Shown one piece after another: positions 58,471-64,000 of a stretch of DNA of 64,000 nucleotides (positions are counted from its first letter, which is position 1; every line of letters starts with the position of its first letter). A model generated the notes under the pieces. It saw only the letters and a program-made list of their open reading frames with translations, had not been told where the DNA came from and made no database searches. The translations under genes were made by a program, and so were the position numbers. The DNA comes from an uncultured Hyphomicrobiales bacterium (GTDB lineage Bacteria; Pseudomonadota; Alphaproteobacteria; Rhizobiales; Xanthobacteraceae), in the NCBI GenBank assembly GCA_964584855.1, contig CAZPBF010000025.1, forward strand, positions 40,520 through 104,519. Reading direction: 5' to 3'.

Positions 58471-59910
58471 TCACATATTCAGGACGCGGCCATACGCGTC
58501 GAGAACGGCTTCCTTCATCGTCTCGGAAAGGGTCGGATGCGGGAAGATCGTGTGCATCAGCTCCTCTTCGGTCGTTTCGAGGTTCATCGCGACTACGAAA
58601 CCTTGGATCAGTTCGGTAACCTCAGGTCCGACGAGATGCGCGCCGATGAGCTGCCCGGTTTTCTTGTCGAAGATTACCTTGACGAGGCCCTGATCCTCGC
58701 CGAGGGCGACCGCCTTGCCGTTTCCGATGAACGGAAACCGGCCGACCCGGATGTCCTTTCCAGCCTCTTTCGCCCTCGCTTCGGTCAGTCCGACCGAAGC
58801 GACCTGCGGGTGGCAATAGGTGCAGCCGGGGATCATCAGCTTGTCCATCGGATGCGGATGCAGCCCCTTGATCGCCTCGACGCAGATGATACCTTCGTGC
58901 TCGGCCTTGTGCGCGAGCATCGGCGGCCCGGCAACGTCACCGATCGCATAGATGCCGGGCACGTTGGTCTTGCCCATGGGGTCGATGATGATGGTGCCGC
59001 GATCGGTCTTCACGCCGAGTTTCTCGAGCCCGAAGCCTTCGATGTTGCTAACCACGCCGACAGCTGAGATCACCCGGTCAACCGTGATCTGCTCGGTCTT
59101 TCCCTTGCCGTCGTCGATGGTCGCGGTGACGCTGTCCGTTTTCTTGTCGAGCTTTGTGACTTTCGCGCCGGTGAGGATCTTCATGCCCTGCTTTTCGAAC
59201 GCCTTGCGCGCAAAGGCGGCGACCTCAGCGTCTTCGACCGGAAGAATCTGCGGCAGCACTTCGACCACGGTCACCTCGGCGCCCATGGTGCGATAGAAGC
59301 TTGCAAATTCGATTCCGATGGCGCCCGAGCCGACCACCAGAAGCGACTTCGGCATCTTGTCCGGGTTCATCGCTTCGAAATAGGTCCAGACCAGTTTCTT
59401 GTCCGGCTCAAGTCCTGGAAGGGCGCGCGGCCTGGCGCCGGTCGCGACGATGATGTGCTTGGCCTGATAGCTGCCCGGCCCGAGCGACCCTTTCGGCGCT
59501 TCGACTTGCGAGGCCTTCACCGTGATCTTTCCGGGCGCATCGATGGTCGCCTCGCCCCAGATCACCGCGACCTTGTTTTTCTTCATCAGGAAGCCGACGC
59601 CGGTATTCATCCGGCCAGCGACACCGCGCGAGCGCTTCACCACGGCGGCGGGATCGAATTTCACATTGTCGGCTGACAGCCCGTAATCCTTCGCGTGCTG
59701 CATGTAATGAAAAATCTCGGCCGAACGAAGGAGCGCCTTGGTCGGAATGCAGCCCCAGTTGGAGCAGATGCCACCCAGGAACGAGCGTTCCACGATCGCG
59801 GTCTTGAAGCCGAGTTGCGCCGCGCGGATCGCGGTGACGTATCCTCCCGGCCCGGAACCGATAATCACGATATCGAACGAAGTCTCTGCCACGGGGCTCT
59901 CCGCCTGCAT
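58471..59910 (-). CDS. lpdA: Dihydrolipoyl dehydrogenase (E3)
   Basis: IGSGPGGY FAD motif, redox-active GGICSNWGCIPTK, and C-terminal HPTLSE. Start is ATG 59910, or GTG 59892. Confidence 0.95.
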   Translation of the reverse strand: MQAESPVAETSFDIVIIGSGPGGYVTAIRAAQLGFKTAIVERSFLGGICSNWGCIPTKALLRSAEIFHYMQHAKDYGLSADNVKFDPAAVVKRSRGVAGRMNTGVGFLMKKNKVAVIWGEATIDAPGKITVKASQVEAPKGSLGPGSYQAKHIIVATGARPRALPGLEPDKKLVWTYFEAMNPDKMPKSLLVVGSGAIGIEFASFYRTMGAEVTVVEVLPQILPVEDAEVAAFARKAFEKQGMKILTGAKVTKLDKKTDSVTATIDDGKGKTEQITVDRVISAVGVVSNIEGFGLEKLGVKTDRGTIIIDPMGKTNVPGIYAIGDVAGPPMLAHKAEHEGIICVEAIKGLHPHPMDKLMIPGCTYCHPQVASVGLTEARAKEAGKDIRVGRFPFIGNGKAVALGEDQGLVKVIFDKKTGQLIGAHLVGPEVTELIQGFVVAMNLETTEEELMHTIFPHPTLSETMKEAVLDAYGRVLNM

Positions 59911-60043
59911 GAACGCTTTGGGCCCCCGTTTCCCATAAGGCCCGAGGGTCAATCAAGCCGCGCATTCCTCGCATCGCGGAGATGCCGCCTGCCCGACGAA
60001 CTACGCTTGCGCACCCGTATGATGGAAGTCAAATTGGCCCGCG

Positions 60044-60898
60044 ATGACAGGGACTTTCAGCAACGCCACGAGCCCCCGGCCGGGAGCGGCCGCAGATGAC
60101 ATTCGTCAGGCCATGGCCGCGCTCAGGGCCGGTCGCGCGCCGGAAGCCGAGAGAGCCGCGCGTGCGATCCTTGCAAATTCTGGCGGCGATCCGGAAGCTT
60201 TCCTGATCCTCGGCATCTCGCTGCTGCGGCAAGATCGCCCGAAAGATGCGGTCGAACCGCTTGAGGCCGCGGCCCGACTTCGGCCGGATGCTGGGACCGC
60301 GGTGAACCTCGCGCTAGCCTTGCGCGCCATCGGCCGCAACGAGGACGCGCAGATGTGGTTCGAGCGTGCGACGGCTGCGCAACCGGTTCTGGTGCCGGCG
60401 TTTGCCGAACACGCAAAACTTTTCCTATCAATGCGCCGGTTTTCCGAAGCTGAGAGCGTCCTGCAACGCGGCATTGCGGCTGCGCCGAATGCGCCAGACC
60501 TGCATGTGCTGTTGGGCGACTGTTTTCTTGCCCGGGGAGACAGAACCAGAGCGCTCGCAGCCTACCAGCGCGCTCTTGCCCTTGCGCCCCAACATGCGGC
60601 GGCTCTGCACGGGCTTGGAACGACCCTGCTCGATGGCGGCGACTTTGCGCAGGCCGCGCAGTGCTTTCAGCGTCTCGTGGCGTCGGGCCAAGCGAGCGTC
60701 CAGTCCGGGCTGAACTTTGCCTTCTGCCTGCTCGAACTCAATCGATGGGACGATGCCGTCGCGACGCTGCGCTCGATCGTGGCGGCCGATCCTGCGTCGC
60801 ACAGCAAAGCTCTCAAGATGCTGGTAACCTCGGGCCGCGGGCGATTTTGGCTCAAGCCCAGCGCGGCGGTGGAATTTTTGCGGCCCCGGCGCAGCTAG
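60044..60898 (+). CDS. Tetratricopeptide-repeat protein
   Basis: Several 34-aa Ala/Leu-rich helical repeats (for example ...LGDCFLARGDRTRALAAYQRALALAPQHAAALHGLG...). Confidence 0.75.
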   Translation: MTGTFSNATSPRPGAAADDIRQAMAALRAGRAPEAERAARAILANSGGDPEAFLILGISLLRQDRPKDAVEPLEAAARLRPDAGTAVNLALALRAIGRNEDAQMWFERATAAQPVLVPAFAEHAKLFLSMRRFSEAESVLQRGIAAAPNAPDLHVLLGDCFLARGDRTRALAAYQRALALAPQHAAALHGLGTTLLDGGDFAQAAQCFQRLVASGQASVQSGLNFAFCLLELNRWDDAVATLRSIVAADPASHSKALKMLVTSGRGRFWLKPSAAVEFLRPRRS

Positions 60899-61662
60899 CG
60901 CTTGGGAACACGGAAGCTGTGCCGGTATGTGCCGGGTACATAGGCGACGTCCGCCGCGGTCTTGCGAAACCTTGCTATCGCATCGTCGTCGCCGATCGTC
61001 CCGAATTGGGCGACCCAGTTCTCCCGCTTCACAGGGAGGCATTGCGCGACCGGCGTTCCCTTTTCCAGCACGCCACTGAAATTCGGATCGCGCCATCGCG
61101 CCGGGAAATTTATGAAATTGTCGCGGTAGCGGTCGGCGTCGACGAGCCCCGTCAAGGTCTCGAATGGAAGCTCGGCGCGATTCAGCGGATGCGTGATCAG
61201 CATCGAATAGCCTTCGGGCAATTCGATGGTCCAGTAATTGTTGAACTTGATGAGGAAGCGGTCGTCCTCGAAAAAGGGCGAGCCCTTGATCTGACTGCCA
61301 TCGTGAAAATCGATCGGCGAGCGCGAATAGTCCGAGAGCGCGCCGCCGGGAACGTCGCGATCCCAGCTGAACGTGCCGTTTTCCACTTTCAGGTCGCTCA
61401 CCAGCGGGATCAGGAACCCGGACGTCATCGCGTCGATGAAGGGAGGACATTTTTTCAGCGTCAGGCTTTCGGTCTGCGTCAACTGGCTGAACGCCTTCTG
61501 GGGCAGATCCTTGAACCATTGCGGCAGCCCGAGCAGCGCGGGTATCGGACGCGGCAAAACCGGTTCGAGCTCCGGCGGGCAGCGAAACGACACGGCCAGC
61601 GGCGGCGCAGCAACGGCCGCCTTATCATCCTCGATATTGTCGACCGGTTCCGGTCCGCTCAT
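60895..61662 (-). CDS. Conserved hypothetical protein (255 aa; possibly DUF6065-like, unverified)
   Basis: LKKCPPFIDAMTSGFLIPL... FNNYWTIELPEGYSMLITHPLNR... TGLVDADRY... has well-balanced composition. ATG 61662 overlaps the upstream membrane-protein stop (ATGA). Confidence 0.6.
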   Translation of the reverse strand: MSGPEPVDNIEDDKAAVAAPPLAVSFRCPPELEPVLPRPIPALLGLPQWFKDLPQKAFSQLTQTESLTLKKCPPFIDAMTSGFLIPLVSDLKVENGTFSWDRDVPGGALSDYSRSPIDFHDGSQIKGSPFFEDDRFLIKFNNYWTIELPEGYSMLITHPLNRAELPFETLTGLVDADRYRDNFINFPARWRDPNFSGVLEKGTPVAQCLPVKRENWVAQFGTIGDDDAIARFRKTAADVAYVPGTYRHSFRVPKR

Positions 61663-62090
61663 GGAAGCACCCTTGCGGCTTGCCATCGCAGGACAACGCA
61701 CAGGAACAGCCACGGGACAAGCACCGTCAGCGCAGCCGGAATGACGATCTGGAGCACTTCCTGAATGTCATTGCTGCGGATTTCGTGGAATTCGCGGATC
61801 GAGATCATCGACAGTTTCTCGAAGGCGAAAGCGAGCAGGCTCGGCACAAGCACAATCAGCATGCCGATCGTCACCGCGCGTATCGTGCCCTTCCAGAACA
61901 AGGCGGCCGTGAACACGACGAGCGCCGCTCCGCCATAGGCACAAATGCCGACAAAGCCGACGACCCTGTTCATGCTGCAGGCCAATTGTTCGCCGCCACA
62001 GGGCACCGCGAGCGAGGCGATGAAGCCGGACAAGAAGGCCGCTCCCACACCGAGCGCGCAGCCTGCGAGGATTGCCAATAGCCGGAGCAT
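61659..62090 (-). CDS. Small integral membrane protein (143 aa, 4 predicted TM helices)
   Basis: Hydrophobic segments LLAILAGCALGVGAAFLSGFIASL, VVGFVGICAYGGAALVVFTAALF, VTIGMLIVLVPSLLAFAF and IVIPAALTVLVPWLFLCVVL. RBS ggagcgggga before the ATG. Confidence 0.6.
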   Translation of the reverse strand: MLRLLAILAGCALGVGAAFLSGFIASLAVPCGGEQLACSMNRVVGFVGICAYGGAALVVFTAALFWKGTIRAVTIGMLIVLVPSLLAFAFEKLSMISIREFHEIRSNDIQEVLQIVIPAALTVLVPWLFLCVVLRWQAARVLP

Positions 62091-62105
62091 TCCCCGCTCC
62101 CGGCC

Positions 62106-63449
62106 TTACACCACCATCATGACGGGGTTTTCGATCAGCGCCTTGAACGCCCCGATCAATTGTGCCCCGAGCGCACCGTCGACCGCACGATGATCGGTCG
62201 ACAGAGTGCACGACATGATCCATCCCGCCTCGATCTTGCCGTCCTTGACGATGGCGCGTTCCTCGCCGGCGCCGACCGCGAGAATGGTTGCGTGCGGCGG
62301 ATTGATCACGGCAGCGAAATCCTTGATCCCATACATCCCGAGATTGGAGACGGCGCTGGTGCCGCCCTGATATTCCTCAGGCTTGAGCTTGCGCGCGCGC
62401 GCGCGCGCCGCATAGTCCTTCATTTCATCGGAGATCGCGCGGATCGATTTCTGCTCGGCTTTGCGCACGACGGGGGTGATCAGGCCGCCGGGAATCGAAA
62501 CCGCGACGCCGACATCCGAATGCTTGTGTTTGAGCATCCCGCCTTCGGTCCAGGTGACATTGGCGTCGGGCACGTGTTGGAGCGCGAGCGCCAGCGCCTT
62601 GATGACAAAATCGTTCACCGAGAGCTTGTATTCGGGTTTACCGTCCTTGTTCTTGGGCGCGGCCGCGTTGATGTCTTCGCGAGCGCTCAGCAACCGGCCG
62701 ATATTGCAATCGACCGTGAGATAGAAATGCGGAATGGTCTGCTTCGCCTCGACCAGCCGGCGCGCGATGATCTTGCGCACGTTGTCGTGAGGCACGACGT
62801 CGTACGAGCCCTCTTCGAACAGCGCGCGGATCTGCTGGTCCGATGGCGCCTGAATTGGGGCCGCGGCGGGCGCACCAGAGGGAGCCTTCAGTCCGGTTCC
62901 GGAGCGCGCCGCTTCCACGTCGCGGGCGACCACACGGCCATGCGGCCCCGACCCCTGGATCCTGGAAACGTCGATCCCGGCATCCTTCGCCAGCCGTCGC
63001 GCAAGCGGCGACGAGAAAGTGCGCGCGCCCCCGCTGGCCGGCGCCGGCTGCGGTTTCGGAAGGACTGCGACCGGTTGCGCTTGAGGTGCTGACGGAGGCG
63101 TCATCTGCTTTTGGGCCTCGGGTTTCGCCGATGCGGGTTGAGGCTGGGCCTTTGGCGCCGGCGTTGGCGCGTTGCCTGCTGCCGCAACGGCGGATTTCAC
63201 ATCCTCGCCTTCGCCTGCGAGGACCGCAATCACCTTGTTGACCGGGACGTCGGCGGAGCCTTCAGGAACGACGATCTTGGCAAGCGTGCCTTCATCAGTC
63301 GCCTCAACCTCCATCGTCGCCTTGTCGGTTTCGATCTCCGCGATCACATCCCCGGATTTGATCTTATCGCCTTCCTTTTTCAGCCACTTGGCAAGGTTTC
63401 CCTTTTCCATCGTGGGCGACAAGGCGGGCATGAGGATGTTGATCGGCAT
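62106..63449 (-). CDS. pdhC: Pyruvate dehydrogenase complex dihydrolipoamide acetyltransferase (E2)
   Basis: Lipoyl domain MPALSPTMEKG...IETDKATMEVE, Ala/Pro linker, E3-binding domain, and the catalytic DHRAVDG. Confidence 0.96.
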   Translation of the reverse strand: MPINILMPALSPTMEKGNLAKWLKKEGDKIKSGDVIAEIETDKATMEVEATDEGTLAKIVVPEGSADVPVNKVIAVLAGEGEDVKSAVAAAGNAPTPAPKAQPQPASAKPEAQKQMTPPSAPQAQPVAVLPKPQPAPASGGARTFSSPLARRLAKDAGIDVSRIQGSGPHGRVVARDVEAARSGTGLKAPSGAPAAAPIQAPSDQQIRALFEEGSYDVVPHDNVRKIIARRLVEAKQTIPHFYLTVDCNIGRLLSAREDINAAAPKNKDGKPEYKLSVNDFVIKALALALQHVPDANVTWTEGGMLKHKHSDVGVAVSIPGGLITPVVRKAEQKSIRAISDEMKDYAARARARKLKPEEYQGGTSAVSNLGMYGIKDFAAVINPPHATILAVGAGEERAIVKDGKIEAGWIMSCTLSTDHRAVDGALGAQLIGAFKALIENPVMMVV

Positions 63450-63458
63450 GAGGCGTCG

Positions 63459-63752
63459 TTAGCCGTTTTGTCCGACCGGCCCGACCGAGCTTTCGTTCGA
63501 AGGAGCCTCGATCTCGGTCGAGAATGACTCGCGGATATGATTGAGCACATCGGCTTCGACGCCACCTTCCTGTCCGTAGACGCGCGCAACCTGATGCGCG
63601 ACATCGGCCAGGAGGACGCCCCACGCGCGGGGGTCCTCGAAGGCACGGCGCAGGGTGACATGGAGCCCGCCCTCGATCACCGCCGCGCGCAGGACTTCGA
63701 TGCCGTCCTTGCCCTGCGCACCCGGTGGAATTTGCAGCGCATTGTAACTCAT
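63459..63752 (-). CDS. Small conserved protein between pdhB and pdhC (DUF5076-like, unverified)
   Basis: 97 aa: MSYNALQIPPGAQGKDGIEVLRAAVIEGGLHVTLRRAFEDPRAWGVLLADVAHQVARVY. In-operon position with 9-12 nt spacers. Confidence 0.6.
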   Translation of the reverse strand: MSYNALQIPPGAQGKDGIEVLRAAVIEGGLHVTLRRAFEDPRAWGVLLADVAHQVARVYGQEGGVEADVLNHIRESFSTEIEAPSNESSVGPVGQNG

Positions 63753-63764
63753 GTGGAAAGACTC

Positions 63765-64000
63765 CTAGCGGTAACAGACCGATTTCGCCGCTTCGACAAC
63801 GTCGGCGACGGACGGCAATGCGAGTTTTTCGAGATTTGCGGCATACGGCATCGGTACATCCTTGCCGGTGACACGGGTTACGGGAGCGTCGAGATAGTCG
63901 AAGGCTTCGGCCATCACGCGCGCGGCGATCTCGGCGCCCACACCGGATTGCGGCCAGCCTTCCTCGACCGTAACAAGGCGTCCCGTCTTCTTGACGGACT
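63765..64000 (-). CDS. pdhB: Pyruvate dehydrogenase E1 beta subunit, C-terminal fragment (continues beyond the window)
   Basis: The reverse-strand translation ends ...[76 protein letters not shown] (TAG at 63765-63767). It is absent from the ORF track because it has no start codon in the window. Confidence 0.93.
   Translation of the reverse strand, partial: SVKKTGRLVTVEEGWPQSGVGAEIAARVMAEAFDYLDAPVTRVTGKDVPMPYAANLEKLALPSVADVVEAAKSVCYR

Overview
This is a high-G+C window (sampled 60-nt lines are about 65% G+C). Its gene content and order look like an alphaproteobacterial chromosome of the Nitrobacteraceae/Bradyrhizobiaceae type. That taxon call rests on remembered synteny, not on a search.

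Most of the window is core housekeeping:
- glmU-glmS, recG, sdhE-mfd
- rimO, then the rlpA-dac-tmk-holB-metG-tatD block
- dps, mazG, hfq-hflX
- the dusB-ntrBC-ntrYX nitrogen-regulation cluster
- ispDF, cinA, lipA, lpd
- the pdhB/pdhC end of the pyruvate dehydrogenase cluster

I found no CRISPR array, transposase, integrase, restriction enzyme or recognisable anti-phage protein. I cannot point to a convincing new multi-gene system.

The best leads, in rough order:
1. A 28-nt XerC/XerD dif-like site at 43386-43413, about 1.5 kb from a sharp plus-to-minus switch in gene orientation. This suggests the replication terminus.
2. A lower-G+C accessory patch (about 32.0-36.0 kb) wrapped around tRNA-Ser(UGA). 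It has an exact 18-nt duplication of the tRNA 3' end and carries a 700-aa multipass membrane protein, a lipocalin-like protein and a SAM-methyltransferase-like protein.
3. A secreted protein with clear endostatin (collagen XV/XVIII NC1) similarity.
4. A tightly packed DUF2182-DUF1326-pcs operon.
5. A REC-REC-GGDEF protein with a degenerate active site but an intact RxxD I-site.
6. An orphan solute-binding protein translationally coupled to an adenylate-forming-enzyme homologue that lacks its P-loop.
7. An unknown two-gene cassette plus an opposing TPR gene inserted in the pdh-lpd cluster.

All family assignments come from motifs read by eye and need database confirmation.
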